DNA of 64,000 nt from a virus, in IMG/VR virus record IMGVR_UViG_3300032249_000628, positions 6,970 to 70,969 of that record; one strand, 5' to 3'. Shown in pieces: positions 26,401-35,205 of the stretch. The stretch's first letter is position 1; every line of letters begins with the position of its first letter. Under the pieces are notes generated by a model, which was not told where the DNA came from, did no database searches, and saw only the letters and a program-made list of their open reading frames with translations. The translations under genes and the position numbers were made by a program.

Positions 26401-28189
26401 AAGATTCGATCATAGTCAATTTTTATCGCTAGATAATATTTCTTCTAACGATTTATCTCAACAGTTAAAAGTTGGAAATGCTATGATTCCAGATTTATGT
26501 GAATCACTAGATAATGTTAATGGTGATGAATGGCATAGTTTTCCTAACCTTGAAAAAGACAAAGATGATGAAGATAAGAAAGATTTACCGGAACAAATAG
26601 CATTCGTGAAATGTACTGTTTCTGAACAGGTGTTTATGCCGCCTAAGACAGAAAGAAGAGCAATAAATGTTCACGGTGGAACATATAAAGACATCGGGCG
26701 AAAAACCCTACCACAAAAAATTTACTTGCCAGATGAAGACAGATATGTAGATAGTTTTACATATTATAGACCCCATTATGTACCACTTGCTGCTAGCATA
26801 GAACAGGCAGAATTAATAGATTTCAAGAGAACGGAAAATACTATTTTAAATAGTTATATTATTGATACAGAAATACATCAACTAGATACTGACAACGTAT
26901 ATGCTCTAATTACTTTACCCTCAAAAGTAATACCAACTAAAGATGCTAGATTCAGAGATGGTCCATTCCAACAAATGAATGCTGATAGATTTAAGCATTT
27001 TATGACAATGGACACCGTAAATGTACCAGAATTTAGTATACCAGTAATTCCTCCAAAACCATTTCCAAAGGGTAACGGGGATTACAGAGATAGATTATCT
27101 GATGATCAAGAATTACAGGCTTGGATGGCAGCTAAAAAAGCAATTGATTCATTGAATTTCGCTTTTCCAAATAGAATTAATGTTACTAGTCCTTCTCCAA
27201 TATATCCAAACTTGGTCGTTTTACCATTAATGTCAAAAGATAGATGTTATGGACCCTGGGTGTCTTCTCAACTAGACGGTCAAGCAAATGTATATAAAAA
27301 TATTGGTGGTAGAGTAGAATTTATTAAAGATGAAAATTTATCCCCTTGGAATTATGCTGGATATCAATTGATGAATGAAGCTGGTAGATTACAAGCAGAA
27401 TTTTCTAACAGTATGCTTTTATTCTCAGAAAGAGGTGGTTTTGTTATACCGGGATTACCTCCGGGTAATTCTTTGGGAAAAGCCTTGATCAATGGCGGTC
27501 CTTTGGTCACAAATATAGATGTTAGTATTTCTGAAGGTGGAGTTCAAACCACATTCAAAATGGATTTATATACCTCTAGTTTTGGTAAATTGCAAAAACA
27601 AAAACAAGATCAAATTTCTAAAATTAGTAGAGAAAGACAAAGATTGCGAGATGAACGAAATGCTCTTATTAGGAAAGGACTTGGTAAAGCTGCAACGTCA
27701 TTTAATTATGGAACAATGTATGATACACTACGAAGTGTTAATCCAGAAAATGTACAACAATTTGCTAATCCGATGGGTAATGTTGTAGCGTCTGTGAAAA
27801 AATTCACTGAAAAAAGAATTAGCACTCAAATGGGTGGAGCCAATGCTTCTCCAGACAAATTATTTGGCGCTGGAGAACCTAGCTGGACTCCTCACGACAC
27901 TACAGATTACATGGTGCAAGGATCATTGCAGGATAATTCTCAAATCGGTAGATTAGCTCAAAACTTTTTGACAGAAGATAGTTTAGCAAGAGAGTATTAT
28001 AATACAGCCTCTTCGGCCATTTGCGGTGGAGGACCAAATGATCTTTTTGTTCCAGCATCAAAAGATGCATATCATCCAAATATGGCATCTAAGCCAATAC
28101 CATTTATTAAATCTAAGTCTAGATACTATGTTGCCCCAGAAAATGCTGAAACATTTGATGATTCTGATGTAACAAGATACGGAGATTAA
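23462..28189 (+). CDS. Putative tail tip/baseplate hub protein (1,575 aa)
   Basis: Hub-like elements: FLGASIRSFTMNGGFGDSSSSLSVEL, FGGILQTY…YSVQVIDPREIL, and C-terminal GPLVTNIDVSISEGGVQTTF followed by a coiled coil; tail module position. Confidence 0.55.
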   Translation: MPYEDIIQNPGTTATTTTTTTSQPVFPFGIQPASGYYGNNWPASSGAMPSSFSAGGWTVDARGFAQQTFLGASIRSFTMNGGFGDSSSSLSVELINDEYNISDKTPIGLGDDVYHSGQYDKFSPPMVGSPVFFKFGQNFATVSEAYKQTFDDLYGTNTAQALIERTIVGTYDKNNFRNLPDGHYVDIFLSGIYDYNPILNSVDRGRNHMVFGGILQTYTQNRGPGGNPLYSVQVIDPREILSNVTLILNNYTGSIYNQNNLLNIYGFLEFNPSTETEEAIKKVLKLKSELKKVVSASGSFAFSGNDTYSASGNNQKITATSLPSSFPITGTGFSRRGSQGIPYYRVQQAVNTIMGYNGAMPQEYIDKAFGGAINFRGFNYVVDFGSLPELPSMYYLDFDQINLLELAMEICDITSRELFVTLLPIIDHPTCAFLNAWNQANGTDPKKLIAGIIRLDAIDRSTQPRYGAIKSYIDSLATSGIYVENQDVGYELSNITTDKFIVGAQEVEMYYFSTNADRDELDVLARQNGQVENTPIGGQWRLESSLEQQLLPYYGMLGKNAVTIPKGFGAYQQILLDTTGLSANGVGAYYVATEMELRCAAVSYDRWKEFLKIYNDTYIESLEKDDATQTSELIKAVAPPNSPPVEISNSYAVTVPRSLFDTYALKDYGDDDLPFSPCNPPYGYPLYYKRMTKLGIPEGGLTDLQTRYTTVLTNFAELKSTDQKNFKAVLETQFKRLKEIKESTGLSPFEEEYFNSLQDLMNTPTPTPKKITETVALVERSLTNNKDVFAVFPRIAKKNTENAMRVYNFLKNVADECLGKKFLVKLPKKVNLGYDKQIRLKGSYEYDRGPFGFQPRATNNIPGYEFSKAFKKQIDLDIDPNTNMIKGFLNSGIRNELSKYGGALEINYNPISEQHETNYVPMDLGGFFEFDLFQNLLSQEAINQVIKTNYTSAPLGVQQCLIPQDLTNFINEQGRVSAYVRFDHSQFLSLDNISSNDLSQQLKVGNAMIPDLCESLDNVNGDEWHSFPNLEKDKDDEDKKDLPEQIAFVKCTVSEQVFMPPKTERRAINVHGGTYKDIGRKTLPQKIYLPDEDRYVDSFTYYRPHYVPLAASIEQAELIDFKRTENTILNSYIIDTEIHQLDTDNVYALITLPSKVIPTKDARFRDGPFQQMNADRFKHFMTMDTVNVPEFSIPVIPPKPFPKGNGDYRDRLSDDQELQAWMAAKKAIDSLNFAFPNRINVTSPSPIYPNLVVLPLMSKDRCYGPWVSSQLDGQANVYKNIGGRVEFIKDENLSPWNYAGYQLMNEAGRLQAEFSNSMLLFSERGGFVIPGLPPGNSLGKALINGGPLVTNIDVSISEGGVQTTFKMDLYTSSFGKLQKQKQDQISKISRERQRLRDERNALIRKGLGKAATSFNYGTMYDTLRSVNPENVQQFANPMGNVVASVKKFTEKRISTQMGGANASPDKLFGAGEPSWTPHDTTDYMVQGSLQDNSQIGRLAQNFLTEDSLAREYYNTASSAICGGGPNDLFVPASKDAYHPNMASKPIPFIKSKSRYYVAPENAETFDDSDVTRYGD

Positions 28190-28190
28190 A

Positions 28191-31100
28191 ATGTTCGATT
28201 CCAATATACATTCAGCTTCTACAGAATATCATTCTTTTGCTACCAATGACTTTGCACTAGAGTCTTTGGGTATAGCTTCGTATTCAACATCAAGCTTAAA
28301 AAGATATCTAGTAGATAAACCAAATGATGATGTCAAAGATTTATTTAATGACACTACTCAGGAAACTTATGATGCTCTGGTCGGGAAAACATCTGTAGAC
28401 TCTTTATCTATTCTTGTATTTAACGAAGAGAATAAAGTATACGAAGCAAAAACGGGTTCTGATATCTTTAAAACTAAAGGTGGAACTTCTGTTGCCACAG
28501 ATTTACCAGAGTTACTCAGTAAACATAATACTAATGAGTGGGGTATAGCAATAGATGAAGATGTAAAACAGGTGGTAGAAACTATACAGGGAAGTTATTC
28601 TGGCTGTATAACATTTAATCCATCTTTTTCAATTAAATTTGGTTCTTCTTCGCAAACAAGAAATCCTCTTGTAAAGGTATACTTAAAACCAAAAAGTAAT
28701 AGCGATACTAGTAGATCATTAGCCCAAAACGGCTCACCATTAATTTCGTCTGTTCCGAAAAGACCAACTGGGCCAAAATATGGCTGGCAAGGAACACAAA
28801 ACCAACCCATTGGAGTATATCAAAATCCATCTGAAGGTGGTAATATAAATCCAGAAAATGCCGTTGCTGCTAATTTAAGATTAACATATAATCCTTCTAT
28901 TGGAGAGTGGGAATCTGGGACTCAGCAAATACTTGCTCGTTTATTAACAGATGTTGGTGCCGCTAAGATCAAAGATATTCCATTTGATAGTATAGACGAT
29001 ATTGCTCCAGATGAATTTTATAATACAGAGTCGAATTATTATATGGGTCAATTTGAGATAGGAAAAGCACTACCTATCAGTATAGAGGGTGGAAATCCCC
29101 ACATGTGCGGACCAAATATGACAGCAACCGCTAACGATGGAAACAAAAAAGAAAAAATACAGGTTGTAAATAGATCGCCAAGAAGCTTTAAAAAGGGCGA
29201 CGTTGTAATGTGTAGCCATATTGACGGGGAGTGGATTATACAAGGTTTCGACGCTGGAACAACGAGCGTGGCACCTATTAGTTTAAAACTTGGCAAATGG
29301 TCTTTTGCTAAATTTCTTGCTGATTCAGACTCATTTTTTAAAGATGAGAGATATAGATCAAGTAACGGTACACAATATGTACAAAGTGTAAACGGTAGAC
29401 AGTATGAAGCATACATCAGAATGAGATATTATGTTTCAATGTTTCAAGGTGGTGGAGATAATGCCGCACCAGCAATATCTAACACATTAATTTCATCTTT
29501 ATCCGAAATGAATAATTTGAATCTAATTGCAAAATTAAATCTATATTTACCAGCCGCCAAACCAGATCAGCCATATTATGTCTTCGATGATGTGGATGAA
29601 GAGGCAGCAATACTATCATCTTTACCAACTCCATCAGATTATGATTTTCAACCATCTAAAAGATATGTGCAAGTCACAGCGTTTGATCAAGTCGGTTCTC
29701 ATATGGGTGGAACCAATCAATACAATATTATTGGAAGAACAAACGTAACATATTCACCGGATGGGTCAACCGATAGTGAGAATTTGTATCAAGAAAATTT
29801 TCCTAATTTTTGGGGGCCAATATTTACAGAAGGATATTCCGTACAACAGGTGGCTTTGCTTAAAAAACCAAGACCAATGATACCAATGAATGGAAGCGCA
29901 AGACTTGGAATTGAACGGGGTAGTCCATTTTTTGTTGTTCCCTCTGACGGCACAGAGATTCTATCTGCAACAACAGAAAAGAATAAAACTCTTGATTCAA
30001 ATAATTTTATGTTTTCTAACACAAAAGATGCTGGATTATATCAGCTACCAGCAGAAATAGGAGTCAATGGATCATTATCTGGTAATTATAGTTCTCCAAT
30101 AGAATCTTTAGATGAATTAGCTAAACTAGAATCACCATCTACAAATTTATTGGACATATATTACAATTTCTTTACCTCTAAAAAGAGATATACTTGGCTA
30201 GCTAGTCCGAGTGATAGTGGTAATGTTTATGGTTTATCATCATCGCAAGCATCTAGAGTTCAATTTTCTCCTTTACAATTACAATATGCTGTTCATGCTT
30301 ATAAGGCACTTTCTCCAAGCGATCAATCACAATATTATGATAGATTGCGTTCTAGATTTTTTAACAATTTAACAACAGGAGATACTGGTGGACACCTATG
30401 GGGAGGTTTGATTCCCGGTAATACATCTCAGGGCAGTGTTCCAACAAGAGGGTTGGCACCCTTCCCGTTGATAGGACCAGATACTGTTACCAATGGGGAA
30501 GGACCACTTGGTGGGCCAGACATATTGCCGTACTCCGACGCTAGTAGCGGCGATGAAAAATCAAATTTTGTTGGAATTATTATTGCTAAAAATAAATTTG
30601 GTGGCGGTGGTAGTATCAACTTTACAACAAGTCAATATTTTGGACTACCAAAACGAGTAACAGTTGGTGGAGGTCAAACTGGTGATCTTACCATACTACC
30701 AATCGGTGGGGGTATAGGATGGATAGGACCATCCAATCCTTCATTTACCCGTGGTTCTCCCCAGTGGGGTTCTGCGGAAGATAGACCAAATAGTTTTGGC
30801 ACCACAGCATTACATGTTCGTATTTTTGACCAGTGGCCTGACGAACAAACAATATATGATCCTAGATATTTTGGTGTGTTACATTTTAATCCTCTACCAA
30901 TGGGTATGAATATAAGAAAAATCAAAGTAGACGAAGGTGCTAGTCCAGATTTAGCTGATTGGAATCCAACCAAGCCTCTTCCTAAATACGCTAGAGATGT
31001 TGATCAATTTGACACCTCTGTAGATTTTAGGATACCAACATATGCTGATCCTATCAACCAAGCTATGGATAATATCCCATTACCTTTAGGTGCCACCGTT

Positions 31101-31754
31101 ACTAGAGAAGGTTCTAACGGCAAGGCTATTAGACCAGTATCTGAATGGAGAGTTAATCCTATTAGAAGGGGTCAATTACTAACAGGTGGTGGATTTAGAT
31201 ACTATAAGAGAATCATAGGATTATCAGATAATTGCATGATTATTGATGGTGGAGAAGGATTCAGTAATGACCAAGAAATTAATCTTACAAAGGGAGCAAA
31301 GTGTACCGTAAACGTTGACAGTAATGGTAAAATAACTAAGGTTAATATTTCTACTTCAAATCGTGGAGAGGGTTTTATGCCGGGAGACTTTTCAACTTCT
31401 TACAAACCCCCAAATTCTACAGTAACCTCGTATGGTTTGAGATTAACACTTAATGGTGGATCAAAATCGGCATCTATTCTATTTTTTAATGGAATTGTAT
31501 ATGATAAGTTGGCCTATGATGCGTGTCCTTTGGAAAGTACAGGTGGGCCTATTCGATTGAGTTTACCAAGCTATAGGGGAGAAAAAGCCACAGAAGGTAC
31601 GAATGTTTCCAGCGTAGGCTTGTCTCCAAATAGAGATGGAAAATATGATGCGTTCTATTTCTTTCATAACGATATACTGCATACACTTTTAAGCCCAGAA
31701 GCTTTCGTTCCGGGTTTCCATCAATATGTCAATTTAGAAATCGGATCAAGTTAA
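28191..31754 (+). CDS. Putative tail spike/fibre-associated structural protein (1,187 aa)
   Basis: Gly/Pro-rich. Late segment IIDGGEGF…GKITKVNISTSNRGEGF resembles tail-associated beta repeats; tail module position. Confidence 0.45.
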   Translation: MFDSNIHSASTEYHSFATNDFALESLGIASYSTSSLKRYLVDKPNDDVKDLFNDTTQETYDALVGKTSVDSLSILVFNEENKVYEAKTGSDIFKTKGGTSVATDLPELLSKHNTNEWGIAIDEDVKQVVETIQGSYSGCITFNPSFSIKFGSSSQTRNPLVKVYLKPKSNSDTSRSLAQNGSPLISSVPKRPTGPKYGWQGTQNQPIGVYQNPSEGGNINPENAVAANLRLTYNPSIGEWESGTQQILARLLTDVGAAKIKDIPFDSIDDIAPDEFYNTESNYYMGQFEIGKALPISIEGGNPHMCGPNMTATANDGNKKEKIQVVNRSPRSFKKGDVVMCSHIDGEWIIQGFDAGTTSVAPISLKLGKWSFAKFLADSDSFFKDERYRSSNGTQYVQSVNGRQYEAYIRMRYYVSMFQGGGDNAAPAISNTLISSLSEMNNLNLIAKLNLYLPAAKPDQPYYVFDDVDEEAAILSSLPTPSDYDFQPSKRYVQVTAFDQVGSHMGGTNQYNIIGRTNVTYSPDGSTDSENLYQENFPNFWGPIFTEGYSVQQVALLKKPRPMIPMNGSARLGIERGSPFFVVPSDGTEILSATTEKNKTLDSNNFMFSNTKDAGLYQLPAEIGVNGSLSGNYSSPIESLDELAKLESPSTNLLDIYYNFFTSKKRYTWLASPSDSGNVYGLSSSQASRVQFSPLQLQYAVHAYKALSPSDQSQYYDRLRSRFFNNLTTGDTGGHLWGGLIPGNTSQGSVPTRGLAPFPLIGPDTVTNGEGPLGGPDILPYSDASSGDEKSNFVGIIIAKNKFGGGGSINFTTSQYFGLPKRVTVGGGQTGDLTILPIGGGIGWIGPSNPSFTRGSPQWGSAEDRPNSFGTTALHVRIFDQWPDEQTIYDPRYFGVLHFNPLPMGMNIRKIKVDEGASPDLADWNPTKPLPKYARDVDQFDTSVDFRIPTYADPINQAMDNIPLPLGATVTREGSNGKAIRPVSEWRVNPIRRGQLLTGGGFRYYKRIIGLSDNCMIIDGGEGFSNDQEINLTKGAKCTVNVDSNGKITKVNISTSNRGEGFMPGDFSTSYKPPNSTVTSYGLRLTLNGGSKSASILFFNGIVYDKLAYDACPLESTGGPIRLSLPSYRGEKATEGTNVSSVGLSPNRDGKYDAFYFFHNDILHTLLSPEAFVPGFHQYVNLEIGSS

Positions 31755-31758
31755 ATTT

Positions 31759-31776
31759 TGTGTATAATACATATAG
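31759..31776 (+). promoter_or_regulatory. Candidate phage late promoter TGTGTATA
   Basis: TGTGTATAATACATATAG lies in a 47-nt intergenic gap. The same 8-mer occurs in the gap before the GIY-YIG gene. No -35 box is evident. Confidence 0.45.
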
Positions 31777-31801
31777 AACCGTTTAAAATAGGGAGAATTC
31801 T

Positions 31802-32515
31802 ATGGCTGACATTAAATTTTATGCGAATATCAAAGACCAAAGCGGTGATGGTGAACTTATAAACCATGCTGCTGGTTCTGGTATTGGTTTTTATGGAAAC
31901 GGCTTTGGTATTTCGGTTCCAGTTGGTGCCAAGCAAACGACAACTTTCGTTACCAATGCTATTGGTACGAATCAAGGCCCACAATTAAATAATACAGCTT
32001 TTGTTACGAGTGGAAATTTAACCACAAAAGGCACTATTAGTATCAATGGTGCAAGTGCTATCGATTTGGACAAGTTACCAAATTATCTCTGTCCACTCAA
32101 TATTAGATTCACACATTCAGAACCGGTGCGTGTTCAGAATTGCCGTCTTCGCATTTTTGATCGTAACAATATAAATAATCACGCTAGCGGCGTTGTAACT
32201 TATGTTTATGAATCTAGACACCCAGCAACCGTGCAATCTGTAGTTAATCTAAGTCATCGCGGTCGAAGTGAAACTAGCTGGTATGAATTTGATCCCGTTG
32301 ACGCTATGACAGATATGATATTTACAGCATCGCCGGGAGCAAGTGGCAAAAATACTAACACTCAAGATGCCAGCACTTCTCTTGGATATACTTCACAAGA
32401 TGGCGTCACTCATCAGTCAATAAGACACGATTGGTATTTAGCACTTAGCTCAGAGCCAGTAACCGTAGGCAGTAAGACTCAATACGGTTTATACTTTACT
32501 CTTGAATATCTCTGA
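31802..32515 (+). CDS. Hypothetical virion structural protein
   Basis: 237 aa, GGGAG RBS, beta-rich, aromatic C-terminus (YGLYFTLEYL); last gene of the + arm. Confidence 0.55.
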   Translation: MADIKFYANIKDQSGDGELINHAAGSGIGFYGNGFGISVPVGAKQTTTFVTNAIGTNQGPQLNNTAFVTSGNLTTKGTISINGASAIDLDKLPNYLCPLNIRFTHSEPVRVQNCRLRIFDRNNINNHASGVVTYVYESRHPATVQSVVNLSHRGRSETSWYEFDPVDAMTDMIFTASPGASGKNTNTQDASTSLGYTSQDGVTHQSIRHDWYLALSSEPVTVGSKTQYGLYFTLEYL

Positions 32516-32523
32516 AAATAAGT

Positions 32524-32560
32524 AAGAATGAATAAGGGGGTAGTTTTTAATGCTACCCCC
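32524..32560 (-). terminator. Intrinsic terminator between the convergent arms
   Basis: Stem GGGGGTAG (32536-43) pairs with CTACCCCC (32553-60). On the - strand it is followed by U-rich TTATTCATTCTT. Confidence 0.8.
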
Positions 32561-32574
32561 AAATTCTTCCCTCA

Positions 32575-32877
32575 TCAATACTTATAGATAGGCAAGCAAC
32601 GCCTGTTATATCCCCAGTGATAATATTGACTCACTGGTACTGTCACCGCTTGGTAGGGATATCCCCATACCATACGCTGTTCTACAACCGGTTGAGGTTG
32701 AACAACAACTGGAACCATTACAGTATAGGCCGGTGCTTGATACACCATAACCTGTAGATACGGTACTGGCTGTATAGGGGCAGTTACAACATTAGTAACA
32801 TAAGTAACCTCACAAGCTTTTGCGTCTAATGACGCAAACGCAACAAGCAAAAATAAGATACTTGCAATTAATCTCAT
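32575..32877 (-). CDS. Secreted Val/Pro/Tyr/Gln-rich low-complexity protein with a Sec signal peptide
   Basis: Signal peptide MRLIASILFLLVAFASLDAKA with an A-x-A cleavage site; AGGAG RBS. Confidence 0.7.
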   Translation of the reverse strand: MRLIASILFLLVAFASLDAKACEVTYVTNVVTAPIQPVPYLQVMVYQAPAYTVMVPVVVQPQPVVEQRMVWGYPYQAVTVPVSQYYHWGYNRRCLPIYKY

Positions 32878-32890
32878 AAGCTCTCCTTTT

Positions 32891-33226
32891 TTATTCCGAT
32901 TGCTCAGTCTTGGGATTCCATTTCACCCAACCATTGTCTGGCAACCACTTCCCATCGTTATCTTTTCGCTTTGGAAATAGACCGCCACCCTTCTTATGAA
33001 CTCCGAAGGCGAGTCTAGCAGCACACTTTGAGCAACGTAACTCATAGTATTGGTTATCATCGACAGTTCGGACAACGAACTTTACATCTTCGTTACCGCA
33101 CTTGCCACAAATATTCTCTTCGAAAACCTCTTGAAACTTATTTAGTTCACCAAATAAATCCTTCTGAGATTCCCCTTCTAGCTCTGCTGTAATCCTGCCA
33201 TTTTTTGTAGTATATGTTAGTTTCAT
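32891..33226 (-). CDS. Zinc-ribbon protein
   Basis: CGKC…CSKC pairs; coupled to the upstream annealing gene by a TAATG overlap. Confidence 0.7.
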   Translation of the reverse strand: MKLTYTTKNGRITAELEGESQKDLFGELNKFQEVFEENICGKCGNEDVKFVVRTVDDNQYYELRCSKCAARLAFGVHKKGGGLFPKRKDNDGKWLPDNGWVKWNPKTEQSE

Positions 33227-33996
33227 TAGTTACGCCACTCCTGTTGATAGCCGGTTATATCTTTTGGAATTAAATTCTTATCCCGCTGGTAATCATTGAG
33301 AACATCAATAATATCACTAGCGACTTTCTTAGAAACCTTTTTTCCGCTATCCACATTAAATTGCTTGAATAGCTTCTGTCCATCAATATTAAGTTGCTTG
33401 CACTTAACATCGATAAAATTGTACTGGGCATCGCTCATACGACTCTGATCATCGTACTCGCCTTCGCTACTGGCCTTAGTAGCAGAAATAGCACGAACAA
33501 TCTTGGCTGTATCTTTCTTTGTAAGTTCTTCCGCAGCAACACCCTTAATCTTAAGAGCCTTTCGTAAAGCTCTTGCTTCTGCTCTTGTGCTAGCAATAGC
33601 AACAGCAAAAGCACAGAACATATCATCGGTATTGCCTTCCCAAGAGTCTGCTACTTCTGAATAAGTGACACCATTAGCAAACTTTACTGAAAAAACTACA
33701 GTAGCCCTACCGTGATGATCTTCTCTTTGAACTGGAAACACTTGTGTTGGGCCACTAAAAACAATGGTTCCTAATACTAGTTCTGCTACTCGCCTCAAGC
33801 CAGCAACGAGAGGATGACCATCTACTAGTTCTGATTCATGGAAAAGACCCATAGCATAATCATGCCATTCCGCACTAAGCATAGATGGGGCATTAGATTC
33901 AATCATATTTTTAACCGATGTATCAGTGTTACTAGGGGTGGATAATTCAACTCCTGCGAATAGATTCTCTGTCATTATTTCTGTGACTGTATTCAT
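33226..33996 (-). CDS. Putative single-strand annealing protein (Rad52/RecT superfamily-like)
   Basis: GLRRVA…ATVVFSV…AIASTRAEARALRKAL resembles the conserved MA.TRA..RAL helix of annealases; small C-terminal helical domain (MSDAQYNFI). Confidence 0.5.
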   Translation of the reverse strand: MNTVTEIMTENLFAGVELSTPSNTDTSVKNMIESNAPSMLSAEWHDYAMGLFHESELVDGHPLVAGLRRVAELVLGTIVFSGPTQVFPVQREDHHGRATVVFSVKFANGVTYSEVADSWEGNTDDMFCAFAVAIASTRAEARALRKALKIKGVAAEELTKKDTAKIVRAISATKASSEGEYDDQSRMSDAQYNFIDVKCKQLNIDGQKLFKQFNVDSGKKVSKKVASDIIDVLNDYQRDKNLIPKDITGYQQEWRN

Positions 33997-34760
33997 ATTT
34001 CTATCTCAATATACCTTTCTGATTCTTTGGGAAACGACTTCTTTATTGTATCCAAGCAATTCAAAATGTCAACCCTCAATTTTTCTTTATCGGCTAAACA
34101 CACGGAGTCCGATAGATTTTTTATTCTTACGATTACCATGCCCTTGCTTAAGATCAAGCCGGTTTTATGGAAATCTGCTTTAATTTGTTTTTGTAACTTT
34201 TCTTCGCCCCATATTGGAAGAAAGTGGGAAGGGCCGTCTACCTCTATTATAGTCTTGATCGACGGTACGTACATGTCGATTTCTAGATTCTCATTTTGAA
34301 TCAATTGTTTTTTATGATATTCTACTCTGTATCCATGTTTCACAATTTCTTCATAAATAAACTTCTCTAGTTTTGAACCTTCTTTGCCAGCTAATTGTAT
34401 GCTCTTTATAGCTGACTCAAGCATTTTTTCTTTCTCAATTTCTGGTATCTTCTGCCAACGCTCCTTGGCTTGTTTAATTTTATCCTCATAATCTTCCTGG
34501 CTCATGTCTTCCCAATACTTTTTGAGTCCAGAGCTTATCTTTATTTTTTCTTCGTGAGTTCTTTGTTTACCGCTAGTTGGATGAATAGAGATTCCTTTTT
34601 CGATAGCGTTCTTTTGCGCTTCGCTTTTAGTTTTAAGCTCAACGCCGCTTCTAATTAGAACTCTTCTAATTTTATTTGGATATGTTTTCATAGCTTCAGC
34701 TATTTCATATGTACTTTTATTTTGATTAGTATACATATCCACTATTTTAGCTTCATCCAT
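33993..34760 (-). CDS. Vsr/DUF559-like (EDxHD-type) endonuclease with N-terminal HTH and NUMOD3-like segment; possible homing endonuclease
   Basis: STYEIAEAMKTYPNKIRRVL (HTH), GKQRTHEEKIKIS (NUMOD3-like), SKLE…IDMY…IIEVDGPSH (nuclease core). Confidence 0.7.
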   Translation of the reverse strand: MDEAKIVDMYTNQNKSTYEIAEAMKTYPNKIRRVLIRSGVELKTKSEAQKNAIEKGISIHPTSGKQRTHEEKIKISSGLKKYWEDMSQEDYEDKIKQAKERWQKIPEIEKEKMLESAIKSIQLAGKEGSKLEKFIYEEIVKHGYRVEYHKKQLIQNENLEIDMYVPSIKTIIEVDGPSHFLPIWGEEKLQKQIKADFHKTGLILSKGMVIVRIKNLSDSVCLADKEKLRVDILNCLDTIKKSFPKESERYIEIEI

Positions 34761-35205
34761 TTTTTTGACCTTTCAGTATATCGACTATATTTTCGAAGTT
34801 TTTGCTTAGTCCAGTTGGGTTTTTGCCAGTGATTCTTTTTATGTAAGACGCATCCTCTTCGTTTCTGCATATTATTTGTACTCCACGCGAAATAGCAAAT
34901 AATATATTTAATGCTTTGAGTTTATTCTCCCACCCATAGTAATAAAAAATATTTATCTTATTGACTATATTGAGTGAACTTATCAAGCTATTAAGATTTG
35001 TGACTATTAAATACCCATCAAAATTCCATAGGTCAGTACTATTGAATAGTCCAAAATTTAACTTTATGGGAGTATGACAAACCCCATTGTAAAATAAACT
35101 AGCATCCACAATCTTCTTATTTGCCAATTCTTTATTTAATTCTTGAGCTATACCTTCCATTTGATCGATATTGCTAAAATCATCGACATAAACTCCTATA
35201 TTCAT
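34753..35205 (-). CDS. Glycosyltransferase-like Rossmann half-domain (degenerate GT-B N-terminal domain)
   Basis: MNIGVYV start, beta/alpha pattern, IFYYYGWE. Start moved to 35205 because of the ATGA overlap with the upstream gene and an AGGAG RBS. Confidence 0.4.
   Translation of the reverse strand: MNIGVYVDDFSNIDQMEGIAQELNKELANKKIVDASLFYNGVCHTPIKLNFGLFNSTDLWNFDGYLIVTNLNSLISSLNIVNKINIFYYYGWENKLKALNILFAISRGVQIICRNEEDASYIKRITGKNPTGLSKNFENIVDILKGQKNG

Noticed and set aside
1823-31984. Antisense and nested ORFs across the + arm (for example 2975..3415, 19539..19871, 29048..29416)
   Set aside because: Shadows of long genes with no recognisable motifs; expected from codon bias.
32812-32823. Lipoprotein lipobox in the secreted peptide (AKAC)
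   Set aside because: Lys at -2 and the preceding Asp do not fit L-[AS]-[GA]-C; an SPase I A-x-A site is more likely.
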